Below, piece after piece: positions 45,915-55,574 of a DNA stretch of 64,000 nt. The first letter of the stretch is position 1. Every line of letters begins with the position of its first letter. The notes under the pieces are model-generated. The model was given only the letters and a program-made list of their open reading frames with translations. It did not search any database and had not been told where the DNA came from. Source of the DNA: Thermoanaerobaculia bacterium (GTDB lineage: Bacteria; Acidobacteriota; Thermoanaerobaculia; Multivoradales; JAGPDF01); contig JAGPDF010000016.1 of NCBI GenBank assembly GCA_018057705.1, forward strand, positions 5,016-69,015, read 5' to 3'. The position numbers were made by a program, and so were the translations under genes.

Positions 45915-47194
45915 GCGCCGGCGACCTCTTGGTGGTCGCCGGGGAGGCCTCAGGGGATCAACACGGCGCGAGGATGCTGCGCGAGCTCAAGCGCCTGCGT
46001 CCCGGCCTGCGGGCGTTCGGCCTCGGCTCCGACCAGTTGCGGGCGGAGGGTGTCGAGCTCGTCGCCGACAGCCGTGAGATCTCGGTCGTGGGCATCTCGG
46101 AGGCGCTCGGCATCCTGCCGCGCGCCAGGGAGATCCAGGATCTGCTGGTCGCGGCCTGTGAAAGGCGCCGGCCGACCGTCGCCGTCCTGATCGACTTCCC
46201 GGAGTTCAATCTGCGGCTCGCCCGCAAGCTCAAGTGGCTCGGGATCCCGGTCGTCTACTACATCAGTCCGCAGGTCTGGGCCTGGCGAAAGGGCCGCGTC
46301 CGCGCCATTTCTGAGCTCGTGGACCGCATGCTCGTCCTCTTCGCGTTCGAGGCAGACTTCTACCGTCACCATCGGGTTCCCGTGACCCATGTCGGGCATC
46401 CGCTCGTGGACGAGATCCCGGCGCTCGCCGGAGCCTGGGACAGCCCTCCGGGGGCGCGGCCCTCCGGCCCGCCCGCCCGGTTCCAGTTGGCCCTCATGCC
46501 GGGTTCGCGCCGCAGCGAGATCCGGGCGCTGCTGCCGCGTATGCTCGCCGCCAGCCGCGCGCTGCAGCGCCAGGCCGAGGTCGAGGCGGTGCTGATCCAG
46601 GCGCCTTCCGTCACGGCGGAGTTCCTCGCTCCATTCCTGGCCGCCCACGAGGCCGAGACCGGGAAGCCGCTCACCGTGGTCCGCGCGGACCGATTCGAGG
46701 CGATCGCCGCTTCGCATCTGGCGCTCTGCGCTTCGGGTACGGCGACGCTGGAGGTGGGCCTCCTGGGAACCCCGATGCTGGTGCTCTACCGGCTCGGAGC
46801 CTGGAGCTACCTGCTGGCGCGCGCCCTCGTGCGCCTGCCGCATTTCAGTCTCGTCAACCTGGTGCTCGGGCGCGGCGCCGTTCCCGAGCTGATGCAGGGC
46901 GCGACCGCGCCCGAGAACATCGCGGCGCGTGCCCTCGAGCTCCTGCAGTCGCCCGCCCGCATCGCGACGATGCGCCGCGACCTCGCCGCGCTCCGGCCGG
47001 CCCTGGGGCGCTCCGGCGCCAGCCAGCGCGCCGCCCGCGAGGTGGCGGCCTTCCTGCCCGAGAAGCGCACAGCCGCCAGCGAGACCACGGATCCCGTGCT
47101 TCCTGCCGGATTCGTCGGGGCGAACGGCGCGCTCGCCGGGACGGGAGCCCGCCGAGCGAGTCGCACGGCCGCCTCCCGCCGGGGCAGCGCTTGA
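45911..47194 (+). CDS. lpxB: lipid-A-disaccharide synthase
   Basis: Carries the GT19 motifs LLVVAGEASGDQHGA and PEFNLRLA, and the C-terminus has a ~40 aa basic extension. Confidence 0.85.
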   Translation: MSAGDLLVVAGEASGDQHGARMLRELKRLRPGLRAFGLGSDQLRAEGVELVADSREISVVGISEALGILPRAREIQDLLVAACERRRPTVAVLIDFPEFNLRLARKLKWLGIPVVYYISPQVWAWRKGRVRAISELVDRMLVLFAFEADFYRHHRVPVTHVGHPLVDEIPALAGAWDSPPGARPSGPPARFQLALMPGSRRSEIRALLPRMLAASRALQRQAEVEAVLIQAPSVTAEFLAPFLAAHEAETGKPLTVVRADRFEAIAASHLALCASGTATLEVGLLGTPMLVLYRLGAWSYLLARALVRLPHFSLVNLVLGRGAVPELMQGATAPENIAARALELLQSPARIATMRRDLAALRPALGRSGASQRAAREVAAFLPEKRTAASETTDPVLPAGFVGANGALAGTGARRASRTAASRRGSA

Positions 47195-49140
47195 AGCTCC
47201 TCGGTTTCCTGCTGCCCTATGTCCGCAAGTACTGGCGATGGGCGATTCTCGCGCTCGGCGCGACGGTGCTCTATGCCGCATCGACCGTCGTCCTGATCCA
47301 GCTGCTCGAACCGATCTTCAGCGAGGTGCTGCAGATCGGTTCGGCCGAGATGCCGGCCGGGCTCGGAGCGCTGCTGCCCGCTGACGCCAAGGGCGAGGCG
47401 GCGGCGGCCGTCCCCACCGCTCCCGACAGCCCTGCCGGCCGCGCCAGCGCCCCCGGCACGACCGCGGCCGCCCCGGCGGACGTCCTCCAGGAGGCCAGGA
47501 AGGCGCGTGTCTTTCTCGATCGGCTGCTGCACGACGGGCTCGCGTGGCTCAAGGCGGCTTTCGGCGTCGCGCCGGCGCAGGTGATCTATTTCATCCCCCT
47601 GCTGTTCGTCGTCGTCTTCATCCTGCGCAGCTTCAGTGACTTCCTGAACGGCTACGCCTTTCAGCATCTGGGCCTCGGCGCGACCAACGATCTGCGCAAC
47701 GATCTCTACGCCAGGACGCTGGCGCAGACCAGCCGGTTTCACGCCGAGCACCCTTCGGGAGAGCTGGTGAGCCGCGTCGTCCACGACGTCGGCGTCCTTC
47801 AGGCGGCGGTCTCGACCCGGCTCGTCGACCTCGTGCAGCAGTCCGTGACGCTCATCGGTCTGCTCGCCCTGCTGTTTTCGATCCAGTACAAGCTGGCGCT
47901 CTTCTGCGTCGTGGTGGCGCCGGCGGTGCTCTATCCGATCGTGCGCTTCAGCAAGAGCATGCGCAAGACCAGCCACCGGACACAGGAGCGCACCGCCGAC
48001 CTCGCCAACCTGGTGTCGGAGGCCTGTCGCGGGCATCGGGTCGTGAAGGCCTTCGGGATGGAGGCGTTCGAAGAGGCGCGATTCCGGGATGCGACCCGTC
48101 GCCACCTGCGCGCGAATCTGCGCGGTCAGATGCTGTCGAATCTCTCCGGGCCGGTGATCGAATCGCTGGGCGTCGTCGGCGCCGGCGTCTTCCTGGTCTT
48201 CGCCGGCCGGGCGATCCACTCCCAGACCATGGAGCCGGGCGTGCTGGTGAAGTTCCTCATCGGGCTGTATGCGATGTACGACCCGATCCGAAAGCTCAAC
48301 AAGGTCAATCTGGTGGTGCAGCAGTCGATGGCCGCGGCGCAGCGCATCCGGAGTCTCATGACCCTGCCGGTCGAGATCCAGGACCGGCCGGGCGCAGTCG
48401 CTGTGCCCGATCTCGCGCGCGAGATCCACTTCGAGAACGTGTCGTTCCGCTACGAGGAGAAGGAGGTCCTCTCCGGCGTCGAGCTCACGGTCCGGCGCGG
48501 TGAAGCGGTGGCGCTGGTGGGTCCGTCCGGCGGCGGCAAGACCACGCTCTGCAACCTCGTGCCGCGGTTTTTCGACGTGACGAGCGGCCGGATCCTGATC
48601 GATGGCGTGGACGTGCGCGACATCCAGCTCGCGAGCCTGCGCGGCATGATCGGTCTGGTGACCCAGGAGACCGTGCTGTTCAACGAGACGGTGCGCGCCA
48701 ATATCGCCTATGGGCGGCAGGATCTGCCGCTCGAGAAGGTGCGCGAGGCGGCTCTCGCCGCCTACGCCGACGAGTTCATCCTCGAGCTGCCCGAGGGCTA
48801 CGACACGATCGTCGGCGAGGGCGGCGTTCGCCTCTCGGGCGGCCAGCGCCAGCGGCTCGCGATCGCCCGCGCCTTGCTCAAGAACGCGCCGATCCTCATC
48901 CTCGACGAGGCGACTTCGATGCTCGACACCGAGTCCGAGTCGCTGGTGCAGAAGGCGCTCGGGAACCTCATGCGCGACCGGACGACCTTCGTCATCGCCC
49001 ACCGGCTGACGACCATCACCATGGTGGACCGGATCTTCGTGCTCGAGGCCGGGCGAATCGTCGAGCAGGGGAGCCATGCGGAGCTGCTGGCCGCCGACGG
49101 CCTCTATCGGCGCCTCTACGATCTGCAGTTCAGGGAGTGA
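47191..49140 (+). CDS. msbA: lipid A export ABC transporter permease/ATP-binding protein (MsbA-like)
   Basis: The product has six TM helices and an NBD with Walker A (GPSGGGKTT), the signature LSGGQRQR and Walker B (ILILDEATS). A TTG start overlaps the lpxB stop. A ~55 aa Ala/Pro-rich insertion follows TM1. Confidence 0.85.
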   Translation: MKLLGFLLPYVRKYWRWAILALGATVLYAASTVVLIQLLEPIFSEVLQIGSAEMPAGLGALLPADAKGEAAAAVPTAPDSPAGRASAPGTTAAAPADVLQEARKARVFLDRLLHDGLAWLKAAFGVAPAQVIYFIPLLFVVVFILRSFSDFLNGYAFQHLGLGATNDLRNDLYARTLAQTSRFHAEHPSGELVSRVVHDVGVLQAAVSTRLVDLVQQSVTLIGLLALLFSIQYKLALFCVVVAPAVLYPIVRFSKSMRKTSHRTQERTADLANLVSEACRGHRVVKAFGMEAFEEARFRDATRRHLRANLRGQMLSNLSGPVIESLGVVGAGVFLVFAGRAIHSQTMEPGVLVKFLIGLYAMYDPIRKLNKVNLVVQQSMAAAQRIRSLMTLPVEIQDRPGAVAVPDLAREIHFENVSFRYEEKEVLSGVELTVRRGEAVALVGPSGGGKTTLCNLVPRFFDVTSGRILIDGVDVRDIQLASLRGMIGLVTQETVLFNETVRANIAYGRQDLPLEKVREAALAAYADEFILELPEGYDTIVGEGGVRLSGGQRQRLAIARALLKNAPILILDEATSMLDTESESLVQKALGNLMRDRTTFVIAHRLTTITMVDRIFVLEAGRIVEQGSHAELLAADGLYRRLYDLQFRE

Positions 49141-49141
49141 C

Positions 49142-49882
49142 GTGGGAGGCGCGCGGTCCAGGCGGGAAGGTACCCCGGCGGACGACTGGAGGATCGGTCC
49201 GGCGAGTCTCGCACTCTCCGGCCTCATACGCGGCCTCGCTGCAACGATCGACTTCCGCTTCCACGACGACGCCGCCGTGCGCGCCTGGGAGCGCGAAGGA
49301 CGACCTTTCATCCTCGCCTTCTGGCATCGTCACCTGATCCTGATGCGCTACGCCTATCGCGGCGCGCGGATGAGCGTCCTGGTGAGCCAGAGTTGGGATG
49401 GCGAGCTGACCTCGCAGACCCTCGCCCATCTGGGTATAGACACCTGCCGCGGTTCTTCGAGCCAGGGCGGAGCAGCGGCACTGCGCGACCTCCTGCGGCG
49501 GGCGCGCTCGGGTTCGGACCTCGCCTTCACTCCCGACGGGCCGCGCGGACCGGTGCGCGAGGTCCAGCCCGGCGTCATCGTCGCGGCCGCGCTGACCGGA
49601 TTTCCGATCCAGCCGGTCGCCATCGCGGCCAACCGGCGCAAGCTCCTGCGCAGTTGGGACAGAATGCTCGTGCCGTTGCCCGGCGCGCGGGTCGACGTGG
49701 TCTACGGTATGCCGCTCCACGTGCCACCGCGGAGCCCGGTCGCCGAGGGGGCCCTGCGGCTGGAGCAGTCGCTGCTCGCCCTCGAAAAGCGGGCGGAGGA
49801 GCTCTCGGGGCATCCGCAGGGGCCGCAGGGGCCGCCGGCGGCGGAGAGCACGAACGCTGTCGGCGGTGGAGGGGATCGATGA
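49142..49882 (+). CDS. DUF374 / lysophospholipid acyltransferase-like protein (lipid A-associated)
   Basis: The product contains FWHRHLILMRY and DGPRGP. A gene of this kind is common next to msbA and kdtA genes. It starts at GTG, 1 nt after the msbA stop. Confidence 0.5.
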   Translation: MGGARSRREGTPADDWRIGPASLALSGLIRGLAATIDFRFHDDAAVRAWEREGRPFILAFWHRHLILMRYAYRGARMSVLVSQSWDGELTSQTLAHLGIDTCRGSSSQGGAAALRDLLRRARSGSDLAFTPDGPRGPVREVQPGVIVAAALTGFPIQPVAIAANRRKLLRSWDRMLVPLPGARVDVVYGMPLHVPPRSPVAEGALRLEQSLLALEKRAEELSGHPQGPQGPPAAESTNAVGGGGDR

Positions 49883-50757
49883 AGAGCATGACCGGGTTCG
49901 GGCAATCGATCGTCGAGCTCGAGGGGATGCAGGTCGCGGTGACTCTCCAGGGCGTGAACCATCGCTATCTCGACCTGGTCCTGCGGCTGCCCGAGGAGCT
50001 GCGGTTTCTCGAGGCGGCGATCCGCGACCGCCTCAACGGGGTCATCCGCCGCGGCCGCTGCGAGACCTCGGTCGCCCTGCGCCGGCTGCACGACAGCGAG
50101 GTCGAGGTCGAGCTGCGCATGGGGGCGGTCCGGAAGCTCCTGGCAGCCTGCCAGCCGCTGATCGACTCCGGCGACCTCACCCGGCAGTGGACGGTCGGCG
50201 ACCTGGCGCGCAGCCCCACCTTCCTGCGTGTCGAGAAGGCGGTCTCCTCCTGGAGCAGCGAAGACGACGCGACCGTCTGGCGGAGCCTCGACGCCGCTCT
50301 GGAGCAGTTCGAATCCACCCGGGTGGGGGAGGGCGCGCGCATCGCCCAGGCCCTCGACTCGATTCTCGCGCGGCTCCTCGAGGTCGCGGCAGCGCTGCGC
50401 GAGCGCCTCCCCGAGGCGCGCGCCGCCATCGCCGAGAGCGTGCGGCTGCGGCTGCGCGAGTGGACGAAAGAGTCCGGAATCGACGAAGAGCGGCTGCTCT
50501 CCGAGATCGCCGTCCTGGCGGAGAAGAGCGATGTCCAGGAGGAGATGGACCGGCTCGCCGCGCACCTCGCGCAGATGCAGGAGGTCGTCCTGCGGGCGGG
50601 ACCGATCGGCCGGCACCTCGACTTCCTCGCCCAGGAGCTGCTGCGCGAGCTCAACACCCTGTGCGCCAAATGCCGCGATACACGCGTCGTGCAGCTCGGC
50701 CTGGATGCCCGGCTGCTCTGTGAACAGATCCGGGAGCAGGTGCAGAATGTCGAATGA
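49879..50757 (+). CDS. yicC: YicC family stress-induced protein
   Basis: The product begins MKSMTGFGQ and has the YicC N- and C-terminal regions. It sits in the conserved yicC-gmk-rpoZ arrangement, and its ATG overlaps the upstream stop. Confidence 0.8.
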   Translation: MKSMTGFGQSIVELEGMQVAVTLQGVNHRYLDLVLRLPEELRFLEAAIRDRLNGVIRRGRCETSVALRRLHDSEVEVELRMGAVRKLLAACQPLIDSGDLTRQWTVGDLARSPTFLRVEKAVSSWSSEDDATVWRSLDAALEQFESTRVGEGARIAQALDSILARLLEVAAALRERLPEARAAIAESVRLRLREWTKESGIDEERLLSEIAVLAEKSDVQEEMDRLAAHLAQMQEVVLRAGPIGRHLDFLAQELLRELNTLCAKCRDTRVVQLGLDARLLCEQIREQVQNVE

Positions 50758-51475
50758 ACACGCCGGGTCGCCCCCGGCTCCCACGCCGCCCGTACCGCCA
50801 TCTCCGCCGGCGCCGCCGGCCCCCCTGGCGGCGGAGAGGCGCGGGCAGGGCGAGCTCTTCCTGCTGTCGGCGCCGTCGGGCGCCGGCAAGACGACCCTTA
50901 TCCGCAACCTGATCGATTCGCTGACCGACTCCGGCAGCATGGAGTTCTCGGTCAGCCACACCACCCGGCGTCCCCGGCTGGGAGAGATCGACGGCAAGGA
51001 CTATCACTTCGTCGAGCAGCAGCTCTTCCGGGGCATGATCGCGGACGATCTCTTCCTCGAATGGGCCGAAGTGCACGGCAACTACTACGGCACCTCCGTT
51101 GCGGCGGTCATGCCGTTTCTCGATCAGGGGATCGACGTCGTGGTGGACCTCGACGTCCAGGGCGCCGAACGCCTGATGCACCGGTTCCCGGCCGCCTACA
51201 GCATCTTCATCCTGCCCCCGTCCTACGCCGATCTGGTCCAGCGGCTGGAGGGCCGGCGCCTCGACGGAGCCGACGAAATCGCCCGGCGACTCGCCGTATC
51301 TCTTTGGGAAATCAAGCGTTTCGACCGTTACCAGTATGTTATTATCAACGACGATGCTGCGCGTGCCAGCCAGGCGCTCGCGGCGATCGTGTTGGAGAAG
51401 CGGTGTCGTCTCGCCCGGATGCAGCCCCGGGTCGAGGCGATCCTGGCCGACTTCTCCAGCGTCCCAAAGACCTGA
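50754..51475 (+). CDS. gmk: guanylate kinase
   Basis: The P-loop is SAPSGAGKTTL, and the N-terminus carries a Pro-rich 30 aa extension. Confidence 0.9.
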
Positions 51476-51531
51476 CGACGCCACGTAGACCGCGGTCCAC
51501 CTCCCGGAGGTGGAATCGCCGAGGAGCTTTC

Positions 51532-51759
51532 ATGGAACAGATTCCCGACCGCATCGACAGCACCTTCCGCTACATCCTGATCGCCGCCAAGCGCGCCGAG
51601 CAGCTCGTTCGTGGCGCCAAGCCGCGGGTCGAGATGCCGAACCGCAAGCCCTCGCGGGTGGCGATGCGCGAAGTGGTCGAGAACCTCGTCGATTGGGACT
51701 ACGGTCCGGCGCCGGTTCCTGAGCCGGTGGAGGTCGTCGCGGGAGAACCGACCGAGTGA
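51532..51759 (+). CDS. rpoZ: DNA-directed RNA polymerase subunit omega
   Basis: The 75 aa product begins MEQIPDRIDSTFRYILIAAKRAEQLVRGAKPRV. Confidence 0.85.
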   Translation: MEQIPDRIDSTFRYILIAAKRAEQLVRGAKPRVEMPNRKPSRVAMREVVENLVDWDYGPAPVPEPVEVVAGEPTE

Positions 51760-53051
51760 GTCCGGCGGGCAGCGGGGCGCCTGCCGCGGCCGGCGCTCCC
51801 GGAGGCGCTCCTCGCGGTCTCCGGATCCTGCTCGGTGTGTGCGGCGGAGTCGCCGCCTACAAGGCCGCCGATCTGGTGCGCCGGCTGCGCGAGCGTGGTC
51901 ACGAAGTCCGCTGCGCCGTCACGCCGTCGGCGGCCCGTTTCGTCAGTCCCCTCACGCTCGAAGTGCTGTCCGGGAACCCGGTCCACGGCGAGGAGTATCT
52001 CGAGCCGGGGCGCCAGGGCCAGGAGGAGCACATCACCGCCGCTGCCTGGGCGGAAGTCCTCTGCATCGCTCCGGCGACCGCGAACATGCTGTCCACTCTG
52101 GCGCTCGGCCTGGCCCCCAACTTCCTCTCGACTGTGGCGCTCGCTTTCCGCGGACCGCTCGTGCTGGCTCCGGCGATGCACAGCGCGATGTGGGAGAAGC
52201 CGGCCCTGGCCGAGAACGTGGAGCGCCTGCGACGGGCCGGCGCGCACTTCGTCGGGCCGGACTCCGGCGCGCTGGCCTCGGGCGAGATCGGTATCGGTCG
52301 CCTCGCCGAGACGCTCGCGATCGTCGCCGCGTGCGAAGCGACCCGCGTGCCGCAGACCCTCGCGGGCCGGACCGTACTGATCACCGCCGGGCCGACCCAG
52401 GAACCGATCGACCCGGTGCGCTATCTCGGCAACCGTTCGAGCGGCCGGATGGGCTTCGCTCTCGCCGCCGAGGCGGTCCGCCGGGGCGCCCGGACGATCC
52501 TCGTCGCCGGTCCGGTGGCTCTCGCGACGCCAGCCGGAGTCGAACGCCACGACGTCCGGACGGCGCTCGAGATGGAGAGCGCCGTCGGCCTGCATGCGGG
52601 CGCGGCCGATCTGATCGTGATGGCGGCGGCCGTCGCCGACTTCCGTCCGGCCCTTTACGAGAACGAGAAGATCAAGCGCCATCAGGGGACGCCGGAGATC
52701 GTCCTGGTGGAGAATCCCGACATTCTGGCCTCCCTGCCGCGACTCGCTCCGCAGTCTCTGCGTGTCGGTTTCGCCGCCGAGAGCACGCTCGCGCCGGCGG
52801 AGGCGATGCGCAAGCTCGCCGCCAAGGGGGTGCACTTCCTGATCGCCAACGACATCTCGCGCGCCGACATCGGCTTCGGCGCCGAGCACAACGAGGTCAC
52901 GATCCACCGCCGCGACGCCCCGCCGGAGGTCCTCGCCCGGAGGCCGAAAGCTGCGATCGCCAGCGCACTCTTCGATCGTTTCGAAGCGGCGCTCGCCGAG
53001 GTCCCCGTCCTGCCGGAGGCGAAGCGTGAAGCCGGGTCCGGACGAAGCTGA
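51756..53051 (+). CDS. coaBC: bifunctional phosphopantothenoylcysteine decarboxylase / phosphopantothenate--cysteine ligase
   Basis: The N-terminal flavoprotein domain has GVCGGVAAYKA and the C-terminal domain is DFP (CoaB). The GTG start overlaps the rpoZ stop. Confidence 0.9.
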   Translation: MSPAGSGAPAAAGAPGGAPRGLRILLGVCGGVAAYKAADLVRRLRERGHEVRCAVTPSAARFVSPLTLEVLSGNPVHGEEYLEPGRQGQEEHITAAAWAEVLCIAPATANMLSTLALGLAPNFLSTVALAFRGPLVLAPAMHSAMWEKPALAENVERLRRAGAHFVGPDSGALASGEIGIGRLAETLAIVAACEATRVPQTLAGRTVLITAGPTQEPIDPVRYLGNRSSGRMGFALAAEAVRRGARTILVAGPVALATPAGVERHDVRTALEMESAVGLHAGAADLIVMAAAVADFRPALYENEKIKRHQGTPEIVLVENPDILASLPRLAPQSLRVGFAAESTLAPAEAMRKLAAKGVHFLIANDISRADIGFGAEHNEVTIHRRDAPPEVLARRPKAAIASALFDRFEAALAEVPVLPEAKREAGSGRS

Positions 53052-54018
53052 GCTGCTGCAGTATCTGGCCGACATCGGCTGGAGCGATCTCTATTTGCCA
53101 GCCGGCTCCGACGCGCTGTCGGGCGCGCAATCGCCACGAGCAGCCGCTCCCGAAAGAGAAGCAAAGGATCTCAGTAAAGGGGCTGTGACCGTCACCTCTG
53201 CGAGTCCTTCGCGGGCGGTGCCGGGCGCGACGCCCGCCAAGGCGAGCGCTGGCGGTGGCGCGCCAGCCGCGAACCCTCCGAACCCTCCGAACGCGCCGCG
53301 CGGCGTCGGCGATGCCGGGAGTATCAGCGGTGTCGGAGGCATCGGCGGCATGGGCGGCGGAGCGGCTCCTGCCCGCCGCCCGGCGGCCGAGGTCGAGGCG
53401 GAGTTGGCGGCGCTCGCTGGGCAGGTCTCCGGTTGCCGGCAGTGCAAGCTCTGCACGACGCGGACGCAGACGGTTTTCGCGAGCGGCGATCCGCACGCCC
53501 GGCTGATGCTCATCGGCGAGGGTCCGGGCGCCGAAGAGGACCGGCAGGGAGTGCCGTTCGTCGGCGCCGCCGGGGAGCTCCTCAACAAGATTCTGGCGGC
53601 GATCGGCCTGGCACGCGACGCCGTCTACGTCGCCAATATCGTCAAGTGCCGGCCGCCGGGCAATCGCGATCCGGAGCCGGACGAGGTGCGGGCCTGCCGT
53701 GGCTATCTCGAGCGCCAGATCGACCTCGTGCGCCCGGCGGTGATCGTCGCGCTCGGCCGCATCGCCGCGCACGAGCTGCTCGGCAACGACTTCTCGCTCA
53801 CCCGGTTGCGCGGCGAGTGGCACGCGGTGGGCGGCATCCCGGTGCGGGTCACCTACCACCCGGCGGCGCTGCTGCGCAACGCCGCTTACAAGCGGCCGAC
53901 GTGGGAGGATATGCAACTCGTGCGCGACCACCTGGCGGCGCTCGCCAGTGGCTCGGGGAGCGTCGCGGTCGGCGGCGGCCCCTCGCAGGTGCCGGCAGCG
54001 CCAGAGGAGGGTGGATAA
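53026..54018 (+). CDS. uracil-DNA glycosylase, family 4 (4Fe-4S), with low-complexity N-terminal extension
   Basis: Carries the family-4 motifs GEGPGAEED and GCRQCKLC, followed by HPAALLRN. The GTG start overlaps the coaBC 3' end. Confidence 0.75.
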   Translation: MKPGPDEAELLQYLADIGWSDLYLPAGSDALSGAQSPRAAAPEREAKDLSKGAVTVTSASPSRAVPGATPAKASAGGGAPAANPPNPPNAPRGVGDAGSISGVGGIGGMGGGAAPARRPAAEVEAELAALAGQVSGCRQCKLCTTRTQTVFASGDPHARLMLIGEGPGAEEDRQGVPFVGAAGELLNKILAAIGLARDAVYVANIVKCRPPGNRDPEPDEVRACRGYLERQIDLVRPAVIVALGRIAAHELLGNDFSLTRLRGEWHAVGGIPVRVTYHPAALLRNAAYKRPTWEDMQLVRDHLAALASGSGSVAVGGGPSQVPAAPEEGG

Positions 54019-55563
54019 GTGACCAGAAAACTGGTGCAGGTCGAGCTTGCCCGTGGCCGCGGAATCGCCGGCGAGAAGGTGGTGCACGGTCTCTTCACCG
54101 ACCGGGAGGCGGACCTTGCGCGTCTCGGAGCCGACGGGGCGCGCGCCGCGAAGGGCCTTTCGCAGGCGCTGCGCTTCACCGGCGAGGCGGAGCGCACCGC
54201 CGAGATTCCACTCGGGGCGAAAGGCCGGACGCTCACCCTCGTCGGCCTGGGCAATAGCGCGGATTTCACCGTGGAGCGCGCGAACGCCTTCGTCGAGCAG
54301 GCGATCGCGGCGGCGCGGAGCTCGAAGGCGACGAGCCTCGGCCTCGTCCTGCCCGAGCACGATCAGTTCTTCGGCGAAGCTGCGGCCGAGCGTGTCGCAC
54401 GTCGGCTGGCGCTCGCCGACTACCGTTTCGATCTGTTCCTGGCGTCCCCGCCCCGAGGTTCCCGCGTTTCGCGGATTTCTGATACCCGGTTGAAAGCGGC
54501 GACGCTCGCCGTCCCTGCCGCCTGGCGCCGGGCCTGGGAGTCCGGGGTCGCCCTGGGCAGCGCGATCGCCGAGGGCGTCGCGCTGGCGCGTGACCTCGGC
54601 AACACGCCGCCCAACCAGGCGACGCCCGAGTGGATCGCACGGCAGGCGCGTGGCCACGCCCGGCGTTGGGGAGCGGCCATCCGCGTGCTCGCCGAACCGG
54701 AGCTCAAGCGGCGCAAGATGGGCGGCATCCTCGCCGTCGGTGGCGGCTCCGCGAATCCTCCCCGGCTGGTCCGCATCGATCTCGGCCGGCGGGGTCCTGT
54801 GGTCGCGCTGGTCGGCAAGGGCGTGACCTTCGACACCGGCGGGATCTCGATCAAGCCGGCGGCGCAGATGGACGAGATGAAGTGGGACAAGATGGGTGCC
54901 TGCGCGGTGCTCGGGATCCTCGAAGCCGCCAGCAGGCTCGACCTGCCGGTCCGCCTGCGCGCTTACCTGCCGCTCGCGGAGAACATGCCGGACGGCGCCG
55001 CTTACCGGCCCGGAGACATCGTTCGCTGCGCCAACGGCAAGACGGTCGAGATCCTCAACACCGACGCCGAAGGCCGGATGGTTCTGGCCGACGCGCTCAC
55101 CTGGGCGGCCAGCGAGAACCCGGATGCGATGGTCGAGTACTCGACCCTCACCGGCGCCTGCGTCGTCGCCCTCGGTCCGACCGGAGCCGGGCTCTTCTCG
55201 CCCTCGGACGGCCTGGCGTCGGGCCTCCTCGACGCCGCGGGAGCGGCCGGCGAACGGCTCTGGCGCCTGCCGCTCTGGCCCGAGTTCCTCGCGGAGATGA
55301 AGGGGAGCCACGCCGACCTCAAGAACTCCGGCGGCCGCTGGGGCGGAGCCTGCACCGCGGCGGCCTTTCTGTCGCAGTTCGTCGGCCAGGTCGGCGAGTG
55401 GGCGCATCTGGACATCGCCGGCCCGGCCTACGTCGGCGGCGACGGCAGAAGAACGCGCGGCGCCACCGGTTTCGCCGTCGCCCTGACGGTGAACTGGCTG
55501 CGCGCGCGCGCCGCGGCCGCGCGGACAGCGCCGGCAAAGGCCCGCCGGCGAAAGCCCCGCTGA
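54019..55563 (+). CDS. pepA: leucyl aminopeptidase (peptidase M17)
   Basis: Has the M17 signature NTDAEGRMVLADAL and the metal ligands in VGKGVTFDTGG. Confidence 0.85.
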   Translation: MTRKLVQVELARGRGIAGEKVVHGLFTDREADLARLGADGARAAKGLSQALRFTGEAERTAEIPLGAKGRTLTLVGLGNSADFTVERANAFVEQAIAAARSSKATSLGLVLPEHDQFFGEAAAERVARRLALADYRFDLFLASPPRGSRVSRISDTRLKAATLAVPAAWRRAWESGVALGSAIAEGVALARDLGNTPPNQATPEWIARQARGHARRWGAAIRVLAEPELKRRKMGGILAVGGGSANPPRLVRIDLGRRGPVVALVGKGVTFDTGGISIKPAAQMDEMKWDKMGACAVLGILEAASRLDLPVRLRAYLPLAENMPDGAAYRPGDIVRCANGKTVEILNTDAEGRMVLADALTWAASENPDAMVEYSTLTGACVVALGPTGAGLFSPSDGLASGLLDAAGAAGERLWRLPLWPEFLAEMKGSHADLKNSGGRWGGACTAAAFLSQFVGQVGEWAHLDIAGPAYVGGDGRRTRGATGFAVALTVNWLRARAAAARTAPAKARRRKPR

Positions 55564-55574
55564 CGGCCCCAGGC

